The notes under the pieces: generated by a model
The model's database searches: none
Told to the model about the DNA's origin: nothing
Seen by the model: the letters and a program-made list of their open reading frames with translations, nothing else
Part shown: one piece after another, positions 1-8,325 of the stretch
How the letters are laid out: every line of letters begins with the position of its first letter
Numbering within the stretch: position 1 is the first letter of the stretch
Program-made: the position numbers and the translations under genes
Assembly (NCBI GenBank): GCA_964291625.2
Contig: OZ220089.1
Span: forward strand, 2,848,001 to 2,912,000
Origin: Candidatus Latescibacterota bacterium
GTDB lineage: Bacteria; Latescibacterota; UBA2968; UBA8231
Direction: 5' to 3'
DNA: 64,000 nucleotides

Positions 1-1
1 C

Positions 2-598
2 GTGGAGGCCTCGCTCATGGGCCTGGCCCAGAAGTCCCGGGCCGTGGGCATCCACATCATCCTCGCCACCCAGCGCCCCTCGGTGAACGTCATCACCGGC
101 GTCATCAAGGCCAACTTCCCATCGCGCATCGCCTTCCTCGTCGCCTCCAAGACCGATTCGCGCACGATCCTCGACATGAACGGCGCCGAGCGCCTCCTGG
201 GCCGCGGCGACATGCTCTTCCTGCGCAGCGGCCATGGCGAGCCGATCCGCATCCACGGCGCCTTCATCTCCGGCGAGGAGACCGAGCGCCTCGTGGAGCA
301 GATCCGCAACAGCGGCTACCAGGCCGAGGAGGTGCAGGTGTTCTCCGCCCGCGGCGGCTCGGGGGAGGACGCCGGCGACCGGGACGAGCTCTTCGACGAG
401 GCCGTCGCCATCGTGCTGGAGTCCAAGCAGGCGAGCACCTCCTACCTGCAGCGGCGCATGAAGGTGGGTTACTCCCGGGCCGCCCGGCTCATGGACGAGC
501 TCGAGCTCGCCGGCATCGTCGGGCCCGCCGAGGGGGCCAGGCCGAGGCGCATCCTCGCCGAGGGCGGAGGCGACCCGGCCGACGAGGAGGCTTCGTGA
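2..598 (+). CDS. ftsK: DNA translocase FtsK, C-terminal part (5' truncated by window)
   Basis: Motifs LAQKSRAVGIHIILATQRPSVNVITGVIKANFPSRIAF and GAERLLGRGDML; gamma domain ASTSYLQRRMKVGYSRAARLMDELE. Confidence 0.97.
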   Translation: MEASLMGLAQKSRAVGIHIILATQRPSVNVITGVIKANFPSRIAFLVASKTDSRTILDMNGAERLLGRGDMLFLRSGHGEPIRIHGAFISGEETERLVEQIRNSGYQAEEVQVFSARGGSGEDAGDRDELFDEAVAIVLESKQASTSYLQRRMKVGYSRAARLMDELELAGIVGPAEGARPRRILAEGGGDPADEEAS

Positions 599-1260
599 GG
601 GTTGCGCCCTTCCTGTTGGCCGTGGTCCTGGCCGCCCCGTGGCCGCCCTCGCCCGCCGCGGCCGTCACCGGCGACGAGATCATGGAGCGGGTCCGCGACC
701 GTTTCGCCAGGGCCCGCACCTACGAGGCCCGCTTCGAGAAGCGGTTCTACTGGGCCGTCCTCGACAAGCGCGCCACCCGTCAGGGGCGGATCTATACCCA
801 CCGGCCGGGGCGTTTCCGCGTGCAGCTCGAGGGCGGCGACCTCGTCGTCGCCGACGGCGAGGCGATCTGGGCCTACAGCAGGACCAACGAGCAGGTCATC
901 GTCTCCCCCTACGACGGGGGGGTGCTGCGGACGCCGTGGGAGGTCCTCGTCGAGTACGCGGACGGCTACCGTCCCGTCGCCGTGGAGCGCACCGACCTCG
1001 ACGGCCGCGAGGTCTACATGCTGACCCTGCAGCCCACGGAGGATGTGCCTCCCGCCCTCCGGCTCAAGCGCATGCGCCTGTGGGTGGAGGAGAGAGGCTG
1101 GCGTCTGCTGCGCATCGAGCAGGTCGAGCCCAACGACGACGTGAGCACCTTCATCCTCAGCGGCCACCGCCGGGACGGCCGCCTCGACGACGACCTCTTC
1201 CGCTTCACTCCTCCCGAGGGCACCGAGATCATCGACCGCCGGCCCGCGGTCGAACCCTAG
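595..1260 (+). CDS. lolA: Outer-membrane lipoprotein carrier protein LolA family
   Basis: Signal peptide; RPGRFR..LVVADGEAIWAY and DDDLFRFTPPEGTEIID motifs; classic ftsK-lolA synteny with GTGA overlap. Confidence 0.88.
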   Translation: MRVAPFLLAVVLAAPWPPSPAAAVTGDEIMERVRDRFARARTYEARFEKRFYWAVLDKRATRQGRIYTHRPGRFRVQLEGGDLVVADGEAIWAYSRTNEQVIVSPYDGGVLRTPWEVLVEYADGYRPVAVERTDLDGREVYMLTLQPTEDVPPALRLKRMRLWVEERGWRLLRIEQVEPNDDVSTFILSGHRRDGRLDDDLFRFTPPEGTEIIDRRPAVEP

Positions 1261-1262
1261 AG

Positions 1263-2987
1263 ATGACCCTCCTCCGCCGGTCCCTCCTGGCCGCGGGCGC
1301 CGCCGTTCTCCTCCTTCCCGCCGGCGCCGCCGCCGAGCCCCTCTGGGTGTTCTTCGCCGACAAGCCCGGCGGCCTCGGCGAGGCCCTCGTCTGGCCCGAG
1401 CCCCGCCGCGTCCGCCCCGGACCCACCCTCGACGCCGGTCTCGACCGCCGCTACACCGCCGCCGTCGAGGCCCTCGGCCTGAGGGTTCGCGCCCGTTCGC
1501 GCTGGTTCAATGCCGTGAGCGTCGACGCCGGCCCGGGTCAGGCGGAGAGCCTGCGCGGCCTCTCCTTCGTGCGCGAGGTGCGCCCCGTGGGCCGCTGGCG
1601 CCGGCCCTCCCCGGCCTGGCCCGCGGAGCCCCCGCCCGGGCGCCTCGCTCCGCGCCTGGCCGACCTCGATTACGGTCCCTCCCTGGCGCAGGTGGCCGCC
1701 GTCGACGTCCCCCTCCTCCACTCCCGCGGCCTCCTCGGCGAGGGGGTGCGCGTCGCCCTCATCGACGCCGGTTTCAACTGGACCGCCCACGCCGCCTTCG
1801 CCGGCCTGAGGGTGGCCGCCGCCCGCGACTTCATCAACGGCGACGACGAGGTCGGCGACGAGTCCGGACAGCCGGTCACCGGGGATGAGGCCGCCCATGG
1901 GCAGAACCTCCATGGCACCGGCGTCCTCGGGGTCATCGCCGGCAACGACCCCGGCCGCCTGATCGGGGTGGCGCCGGCCGCCGAGTACCTGCTGGCCAAG
2001 ACCGAGGACGTCACGCCCTCCGAGGGCGGCGTGGCGAGGGAGCTGCCCATCGAGGAGGATCGCTGGGTCGCCGCCATCGAGTGGGCCGACAGCCTCGGCG
2101 CCCGCGTGGTCAACGCCTCGGTCGGCTATACCCGCTTCGATGACGGCACCGGGTACGACTGGGAGGACCTGGACGGGGCCACCGCCCTCACCAGCCGCGC
2201 CGCCGAGCTCGCCGTGGCCCGCGGCATCGTCGTCGTCGCCGCCGCCGGCAACGAGGCCCTTGGCGACTGGCGCTACGTCACCGTGCCCGCCGACGCCCCC
2301 GGGGTCATCGCCGTCGGTTCGGTGCACCCCTGGAGCGGGGAGATCGCCGCCACCAGCTCCCGCGGCCCCACGGCGGACGGTCGCATCAAGCCCGATGTCG
2401 TCGCCCCGGGCCAGGGGGTCGTCACCGTCTCCGGCCGCGCCGCCGCCGCGGGCTCGGAACCGTTCTCGGTGCGCGAGTACTCCCAGGTCTCCGGCACCTC
2501 CTACGCCGCCCCCATCGCCGCCGGCGTCTGCGCCCTGCTGCTGCAGCAGCATCCCGACTGGACCCCCGAGGACGTGGCCTCCGCCCTGCGCTCCACCGCC
2601 GTCGACCTCGGCCCGGCGGGGCCGGACACCCTCTACGGCTGGGGGCGAGTCGACGCCGCCCGGGCCAGCGGCCTGGAGGCTCCGAGGCCAGGGGCCAGCG
2701 CCGCCTTCGCGCCCTTCCCCAACCCCGCCCGCGGCCTCTCTCCCACCGTCCACTTCCCCGTCGACCTCGCCGGGGCCGAAAGCCTCTCCCTGCGCCTCTT
2801 CGACGCCGCCGGCGCCCTGGTCCATGTCATCGACCGGCGCCGCCTGCCCGCCGGGACCTATCACCTCCCGGGGCTCGCCCTCTCCTGGGAGGTGGGCGGC
2901 GACTTCGCCTCCGGCGTCTACTACTACCGCCTGGAGGGCGACTCCTTCCGCCGCACCGGCAAGATCGCCGTCCTGCGCGGGCTCTGA
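1263..2987 (+). CDS. Secreted S8 (subtilisin-like) serine peptidase with C-terminal T9SS/FlgD-like Ig domain
   Basis: ATG 1263 with signal peptide; catalytic triad motifs IDAGF, HGTGVLG, SGTSYAAP; oxyanion AAAGNE; C-terminal PFPNP...SGVYYYRL...GKIAVLR. Confidence 0.9.
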   Translation: MTLLRRSLLAAGAAVLLLPAGAAAEPLWVFFADKPGGLGEALVWPEPRRVRPGPTLDAGLDRRYTAAVEALGLRVRARSRWFNAVSVDAGPGQAESLRGLSFVREVRPVGRWRRPSPAWPAEPPPGRLAPRLADLDYGPSLAQVAAVDVPLLHSRGLLGEGVRVALIDAGFNWTAHAAFAGLRVAAARDFINGDDEVGDESGQPVTGDEAAHGQNLHGTGVLGVIAGNDPGRLIGVAPAAEYLLAKTEDVTPSEGGVARELPIEEDRWVAAIEWADSLGARVVNASVGYTRFDDGTGYDWEDLDGATALTSRAAELAVARGIVVVAAAGNEALGDWRYVTVPADAPGVIAVGSVHPWSGEIAATSSRGPTADGRIKPDVVAPGQGVVTVSGRAAAAGSEPFSVREYSQVSGTSYAAPIAAGVCALLLQQHPDWTPEDVASALRSTAVDLGPAGPDTLYGWGRVDAARASGLEAPRPGASAAFAPFPNPARGLSPTVHFPVDLAGAESLSLRLFDAAGALVHVIDRRRLPAGTYHLPGLALSWEVGGDFASGVYYYRLEGDSFRRTGKIAVLRGL

Positions 2988-3040
2988 GAGGGCCCCCGCC
3001 CTTTGGCAGCCCTCGGGGCCGCGCCGTACCTTCTCCCGCC

Positions 3041-3586
3041 GTGAAGCAGCCCGCCGCGCCATCCCGCGACAGATACCGCAGCGAACGGCGCCAGCGCTTC
3101 GCGCGGCGAATGCGCCTGATCCGCTGGGGGGTGATCGCCGGCTGCGTGGTCGGCGGCGGCGGCGTCATGGTCTGGAGGCTCGCCAGTTTCACCGGCGGCT
3201 CGGTGGGCAAGCTCGAGGAACTGCCCGACCTGCTGGGCCGTCTCCAGAAGCCGATCCGGTGGAGCGTCCCCGAGGACGGCGGCGTCCGCTACCTGCGCTT
3301 CTTCCACGGCTATCCCGGAGAGGGCCGCAAGTTCGTCCTCGTCCGGGTCCACATGGAGGCGCGCCTCAAGATCGGCTATCCCGTCGTGCCCCGGTGCTTC
3401 GAGCTGGTCACCGACGACGGCACGCGCTACTACCCGATGTCGCGCTCGCCCATGTTCACCCGCCTCGGGGACCGCTTCCGCCTCGACCGCGACGAGACCA
3501 TCGACGAGGAGCTGCTCTTCGAGATCCCGGAGGAGGCCCGGGCCGAGAGGCTCACCTTCGAACGCTACCACGAACCCGACGACTGA
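3041..3586 (+). CDS. Hypothetical membrane-anchored protein with DUF4352-like Ig fold
   Basis: Basic N-terminus, one TM helix, then GRKFVLVRVHM...FELVTDDGTRY...LLFEIPE pattern; fills the gap between the protease and prfB. Confidence 0.6.
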   Translation: MKQPAAPSRDRYRSERRQRFARRMRLIRWGVIAGCVVGGGGVMVWRLASFTGGSVGKLEELPDLLGRLQKPIRWSVPEDGGVRYLRFFHGYPGEGRKFVLVRVHMEARLKIGYPVVPRCFELVTDDGTRYYPMSRSPMFTRLGDRFRLDRDETIDEELLFEIPEEARAERLTFERYHEPDD

Positions 3587-3597
3587 GGAGCGAATCC

Positions 3598-4696
3598 ATG
3601 GCCGCCAACGAAGAGATCCTGTTCGACTGCGCCGAACGGCTGGAACGGCTCCGGGGGTATCTTTGACCTCGACCAGCGCCGGCAGAGCCTGGCCGAGCTG
3701 GAGCGGCGCATGGGCCAGGGCGACTTCTGGAGCGACCGCCGCGCCGCCGAGGAGGTCTCCCGCCAGGCCCGCGGGCTGAGGGGCGTCATCGAGCCCTGGG
3801 ACGGGCTCAGGTCCCGCCTCGACGACCTCCTCGAGCTGCGCGAGCTGGCCGCCGCCGAGGAGGATGCCGGGACCCTGGCCGAGGTCGAGGCCGAGGCCGC
3901 AACCCTCGGCGGGGAGTTGGACCGCCTCGAGTTCCAGGCCATGCTCTCCGACGAGGACGACCCCAAGGACGCCATCCTCGAGATCCACCCGGGCGCCGGC
4001 GGCACCGAGGCCGCCGACTGGGCCGGCATGCTCATGCGCCTCTACGGCCGCTGGATCGAGCGCCGCGGCTTCGAGTCCGACCTCATGGACCTGCAGCCCG
4101 GCGACGAGGCCGGCGTCAAGAGCGTCACCCTCGAGATCCGCGGCCCCTACGCCTACGGCCATCTCAAGGCCGAGGCCGGCGTCCACCGCCTCGTGCGCAT
4201 CTCGCCCTTCGACGCCAACAAGCGCCGCCACACCTCCTTCGCCAGCGTCTTCGTCTACCCCGAGGTCGACGAGATCCCCGAGGTCGAGCTGCGCGAGGAG
4301 GACCTGCAGATCGACACCTACAAGGCCGGGGGCGCCGGGGGGCAGCACGTCAACAAGACCTCCTCGGCGGTGCGCATCACCCATCGGCCCACGGGGATCA
4401 CCGTGCAGTGCCAGAACGAGCGCTCCCAGATGAAGAACCGGAGCACCGCCATGAAGGTGCTGACGGCGAGGATCTACGACCATCACAAGCAGGAGGAGCG
4501 CGAGAAGATGGAGGCCGTGGAGAGCACCAAGAAGGCGATCGACTTCGGCAGCCAGATCCGCTCCTACGTCTTCCAGCCCTACACCATGGTCAAGGACCAC
4601 CGCACCGGCCACGAGTCGGCCAACGTGCAAGCCGTGATGGACGGCGACATCGACGGCTTCATCGAGGCTTTCCTCACCGCCGACCGGACGGCCTAG
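3598..4696 (+). CDS. prfB: Peptide chain release factor 2, expressed via programmed +1 frameshift
   Basis: ATG 3598 MAANEE...RGYL then CTT TGA C at 3661-3667; +1 frame contains SPF anticodon motif and GGQ motif (GAGGQHVNKT). Confidence 0.97.
3652..3667 (+). promoter_or_regulatory. RF2 programmed +1 frameshift signal (internal SD-like GGGGG, slippery CTT TGA C)
   Basis: Sequence CGGGGGTATCTTTGAC matches the canonical prfB recoding site. Confidence 0.95.
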
Positions 4697-4700
4697 GGCC

Positions 4701-5954
4701 GTGGGCTACGAGCTCTTCGTCTCCCGGCGCTACCTGCAGTCCAAGCAGCGCCCGGGGTTCCTCTCCGTCATCGCCTTCATCGCCACCGGCGGCGTCGTCC
4801 TGGGCGTGGCCGCCCTGATCATCATGCTCTCCGTGACCAACGGCTTCACCGGCGAGGTGAGGGCCCGCCTCATCGGCATGAACGCCCACGTGAGCGTCTG
4901 GCGCTACCACGGCGACCCCATCGCCGCCGCCGACACCCTGGCCGACCACCTCGCCCGCCGTCCGGGGGTGGCGGCCACGGCGCCCATCGTCGAGAGCAAG
5001 CTCGTCCTCGCCAACGCCGAGGACGACATGGACGGCGTCGTCGTCTGGGGCGTCGACCCCGGCAGCTTCGCCGGCGTCTCCGACCTGCCCGCCCACCTGT
5101 ACTACGGCGACGACGGCGAGATGCACTTCCAGCCGCGGCCGGAGGGCGGCCCCCCGGGGATCATCCTCGGCCGCTCCCTGGCCAACCGGCTGCGCGTCGG
5201 TCTGGGAGACGTGGTCTTTCTCCTCTCCCTGCGGGAGCAGTCCCTCGAGGACGTCATGATCGGCGGCCTGTCGCCGAAGGTGCGGTCCTTCGTCGTCAAC
5301 AACCTCTTCGAGAGCGGCATGTTCCACTACGACGACAACTACGCCTTCATCTCCCTGGCAGAGGCGCGCGAGATCCTGGGCGTCGAAGGCGCCACCAACA
5401 TCCACCTCCGCCTCGACGATCTCGACGCTGCCATCAGCGTGCGCGAGGAGCTGGCCGAGCAGCTCGGCTACCCCTACAGGGTCTCCGACTGGACCCAGCA
5501 GTTCCCCGAGCTGTTCCATTGGATGGAGCTGGAGAAATGGGTGATCTTCATCGCCCTGAGCCTGATCATCGTCGTCGCCGCCTTCAACATCACCTCCATC
5601 CTCACCATGTCGATCCTCATCAAGACGCCCGAGATCGGCATCCTCCGCGCCATGGGGGCGCGCGCCCGGGGCATCGGCCGCGTCTTCCTCTACCAGGGGC
5701 TCTTCATCGGCCTCGTGGGGACCTTCCTCGGCTGCCTCATCGGCCTCGCCGTCTGCCTCGTCCAGGACCGCTTCCGCATCGTCTCCATCCCCAGCGACAT
5801 CTACATCATCAGCTCCCTCCCCGTGGACATGCAGCCCCTCGACTTCGTCCTCGTCTCGGCCGTGAGCGTCACCATCTGCCTGCTGGCGGCGGTGCTGCCG
5901 GCCCGCAAGGCCGCCTCCCTGCAGCCGGTGGAGGCGATCCGCTACATCGTGTGA
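4701..5954 (+). CDS. lolE: Lipoprotein-releasing ABC transporter permease LolC/E
   Basis: YELFVSRRYL..GFLSVI..GVAALIIMLSVTNGF; VAAFNI..EIGILRAMGA; PARKAASLQPVEAIRY. Confidence 0.93.
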   Translation: MGYELFVSRRYLQSKQRPGFLSVIAFIATGGVVLGVAALIIMLSVTNGFTGEVRARLIGMNAHVSVWRYHGDPIAAADTLADHLARRPGVAATAPIVESKLVLANAEDDMDGVVVWGVDPGSFAGVSDLPAHLYYGDDGEMHFQPRPEGGPPGIILGRSLANRLRVGLGDVVFLLSLREQSLEDVMIGGLSPKVRSFVVNNLFESGMFHYDDNYAFISLAEAREILGVEGATNIHLRLDDLDAAISVREELAEQLGYPYRVSDWTQQFPELFHWMELEKWVIFIALSLIIVVAAFNITSILTMSILIKTPEIGILRAMGARARGIGRVFLYQGLFIGLVGTFLGCLIGLAVCLVQDRFRIVSIPSDIYIISSLPVDMQPLDFVLVSAVSVTICLLAAVLPARKAASLQPVEAIRYIV

Positions 5955-5968
5955 GTGCCGTGGAGACC

Positions 5969-6673
5969 ATGGCCGCCGGACATCCGGCCCCGGCCCCGGG
6001 GACCCCCGTCCTGAAGGCTCGCGAAATCCGCCGGGTCTACCCCGCGGGGACCGGGGCCCTGGCGGTGCTCAAGGGCGTGGACCTCGACCTCTTCGCCGGC
6101 CAGACCCTCGCCGTCACCGGGGCCTCCGGCGTAGGCAAGAGCACCCTCCTCCACATCCTCGGCACCCTCGACCGGCCCACCGCGGGCAGCCTGGAGATCA
6201 CCGGTGTCGACGTCCTCTCCCTCGACGACCGCGGCCTCTCCGACTTCCGCAACCGCCACGTCGGTTTCGTCTTCCAGTTCCACAACCTGCTGCCCGAGTT
6301 CACCGCCCTCGAGAACGTGATGATGCCCGCCCTCGTCTCCCGCCTGGCCGGCGGCGGGCGGGAGCGCGCCGAGTCGCTGCTGGAGCAGGTCGGCCTCCGG
6401 GACCGCATGTCCCACCGCCCCGGACAGCTGTCCGGCGGCGAGTGCCAGCGCGTGGCCGTGGCCCGGGCCCTGGTCATGTCCCCGCTCCTGGTGCTGGCCG
6501 ACGAGCCTTCCGGCAACCTCGACCACGAGGCCAGCGCCGGTCTCCACGAGTTGCTGCGCGACCTCGCCGCCACCCGCGGGCAGACCTTCCTGGTCATGAC
6601 CCACGACCGCGACCTGGCGGCCAGTCTCGACCGCTCCGGCGAGCTCGTCGACGGCCGGCTGAGTCTCGACTGA
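5969..6673 (+). CDS. lolD: Lipoprotein-releasing ABC transporter ATP-binding protein LolD (alternative start GTG 5951)
   Basis: Walker A GASGVGKST, GFVFQFHNLLPEFTALENV, LSGGECQR, LADEPSGNLD. Confidence 0.93.
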   Translation: MAAGHPAPAPGTPVLKAREIRRVYPAGTGALAVLKGVDLDLFAGQTLAVTGASGVGKSTLLHILGTLDRPTAGSLEITGVDVLSLDDRGLSDFRNRHVGFVFQFHNLLPEFTALENVMMPALVSRLAGGGRERAESLLEQVGLRDRMSHRPGQLSGGECQRVAVARALVMSPLLVLADEPSGNLDHEASAGLHELLRDLAATRGQTFLVMTHDRDLAASLDRSGELVDGRLSLD

Positions 6674-6675
6674 CC

Positions 6676-7179
6676 ATGCAGTGCGAGTCCTGCGGGAAGC
6701 GTGAGGCCGCCGTCGACCTCACCATCGTCTCCGGCGACGGCAAGCGCAGCCTGCAACTGTGCCGCCGCTGCGCCCGGCAGGAGAGCGGCGACCGGCCGAA
6801 GGCCCCGGCCAAGTCGGTCACCAAGATCAACGTCGTCCTCGGTCATCTCGCCGTCGAGAGCCAGGATGCCGAGTGCCCCGACTGCGGCCTCACCTACGAG
6901 CGCTTCCGCAAGAGCGGCCGCCTCGGCTGCCCCGCCTGCTACGCCGCCTTCGGGGCGCCCATGCGCCGGCTCCTGCGGCGCATTCACGGCGCCGACTCCC
7001 ACGTCGGCCGCCAGGCCCGGCCTTCGGGGGCTCCCGCCACCGCCGCCGGCGGCGACTCCGATCGCCGCGACCCCGGCCGTCTGGAGCAGTTGCGCCGCGA
7101 GCTGCAGCGGGCCGTCGAGGAGGAGGCCTACGAGAAGGCCGCCGAGCTGCGGGACCGCATCCGCCGGAGCGCGCCGTGA
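6676..7179 (+). CDS. mcsA: McsA (CxxC zinc fingers plus UVR domain), activator of McsB
   Basis: CESC, CRRC, CPDC, GRLGCPACY motifs; C-terminal LQRAVEEEAYEKAAELRDRIR UVR motif; directly upstream of mcsB. Confidence 0.9.
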   Translation: MQCESCGKREAAVDLTIVSGDGKRSLQLCRRCARQESGDRPKAPAKSVTKINVVLGHLAVESQDAECPDCGLTYERFRKSGRLGCPACYAAFGAPMRRLLRRIHGADSHVGRQARPSGAPATAAGGDSDRRDPGRLEQLRRELQRAVEEEAYEKAAELRDRIRRSAP

Positions 7180-8234
7180 ACCTCGATCCCCTGATCGGCG
7201 CGACCCCCAGCTGGATGGGCGGCGGGGACGACGCCGACGGCATGGTCGTCAGCAGCCGCGTGCGCCTGGCCCGCAACCTCGCCGGCTATCCCTTCCCCGG
7301 GCGCATCAAGGCCGAGCAGCAGCAGCAGGTGATCGAGCAGGTCCTGTCCGCCGCCAGGGACAGCGCCTCGTTGGGCGATGCCACCTACTACCCCATGGGC
7401 CCCCTCGGCCACTCCGAGCGGCGGCTCCTCGTGGAGCGCCATCTCATCAGCCCCGCCCTGGCCGAGGACGACGGCGGCGGGGTCCTGTTCAACGGCGACG
7501 AGTCCCTCAGCGTGATGATCAACGAGGAGGACCACCTGCGCCTGCAGGCCATCCACCCGGGCACGAGGGGCCGCGAGGCCTGGGCCGCCGTCTCCTCCTT
7601 CGACGACGAGCTGCTGGGGGTCCTCTCCTGCGCCCACGATCCCGGCCTCGGCTTCCTCACCGCCTGTCCGACCAACACCGGCACCGGACTGCGCATCTCC
7701 GTCCTCATCCACCTGCCGGCCCTCGTCCTCACCGAGGAGATGGAGCGCGTCCTGCAGGGGCTCGGCCAGCTCTCCTTCGCCGTCCGCGGGGTCTACGGCG
7801 AGGGCTCCAACGCCGCCGGCAACCTCTTCCAGGTGTCGAACCAGGCAACCCTCGGCGCCGACGAGGACGGGATCGTCGACTCCCTCATCGCCATCACCGC
7901 CAGGCTGATCGAGTGCGAGCGCGACGCCCAGGAGGCGCTCATGGAGGAGGCGCGGGCCCAGGTGGAGGACAAGGTCTGGCGGGCCTGGGCCCTCCTCGGC
8001 AGCGCCCGCGTCCTGTCGAGCCAGGAGCTGATGAGCCTGCTGTCGGCGGTGCGCCTGGGCCGCACCCTCGGCCTCGTCGGCGGCGTGACCTCCAGCTTCC
8101 TCAACCACCTGATGATCGCCACCCAGCCCTCCCATCTGCGGGCCGAGGCCGGCACCGACCTCGAGGCGGAGGAGCGCGACATGCGGCGCGCCGACCTGGT
8201 CCGCCGCAGGATGGCGGAGGCCGAAAAACCCTGA
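7176..8234 (+). CDS. mcsB: Protein arginine kinase McsB
   Basis: SSRVRLARNL, LVERHLIS, INEEDHLR, ACPTNTGTGLR, QVSNQATLG. Confidence 0.95.
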   Translation: MNLDPLIGATPSWMGGGDDADGMVVSSRVRLARNLAGYPFPGRIKAEQQQQVIEQVLSAARDSASLGDATYYPMGPLGHSERRLLVERHLISPALAEDDGGGVLFNGDESLSVMINEEDHLRLQAIHPGTRGREAWAAVSSFDDELLGVLSCAHDPGLGFLTACPTNTGTGLRISVLIHLPALVLTEEMERVLQGLGQLSFAVRGVYGEGSNAAGNLFQVSNQATLGADEDGIVDSLIAITARLIECERDAQEALMEEARAQVEDKVWRAWALLGSARVLSSQELMSLLSAVRLGRTLGLVGGVTSSFLNHLMIATQPSHLRAEAGTDLEAEERDMRRADLVRRRMAEAEKP

Positions 8235-8257
8235 CCCGGGACCCCGGCCGGGGACCA

Positions 8258-8286
8258 TTGACACCGATTGGACCCCTCCGTAGCTT
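8258..8286 (+). promoter_or_regulatory. Sigma70-type promoter upstream of clpC
   Basis: TTGACA (8258-8263)-N17-TAGCTT (8281-8286) in the intergenic region; SD GGAGG before ATG 8326. Confidence 0.6.
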
Positions 8287-8325
8287 GCCTTTCGATCGCC
8301 TGATAAACCCCGGAGGTTGTTGTAA

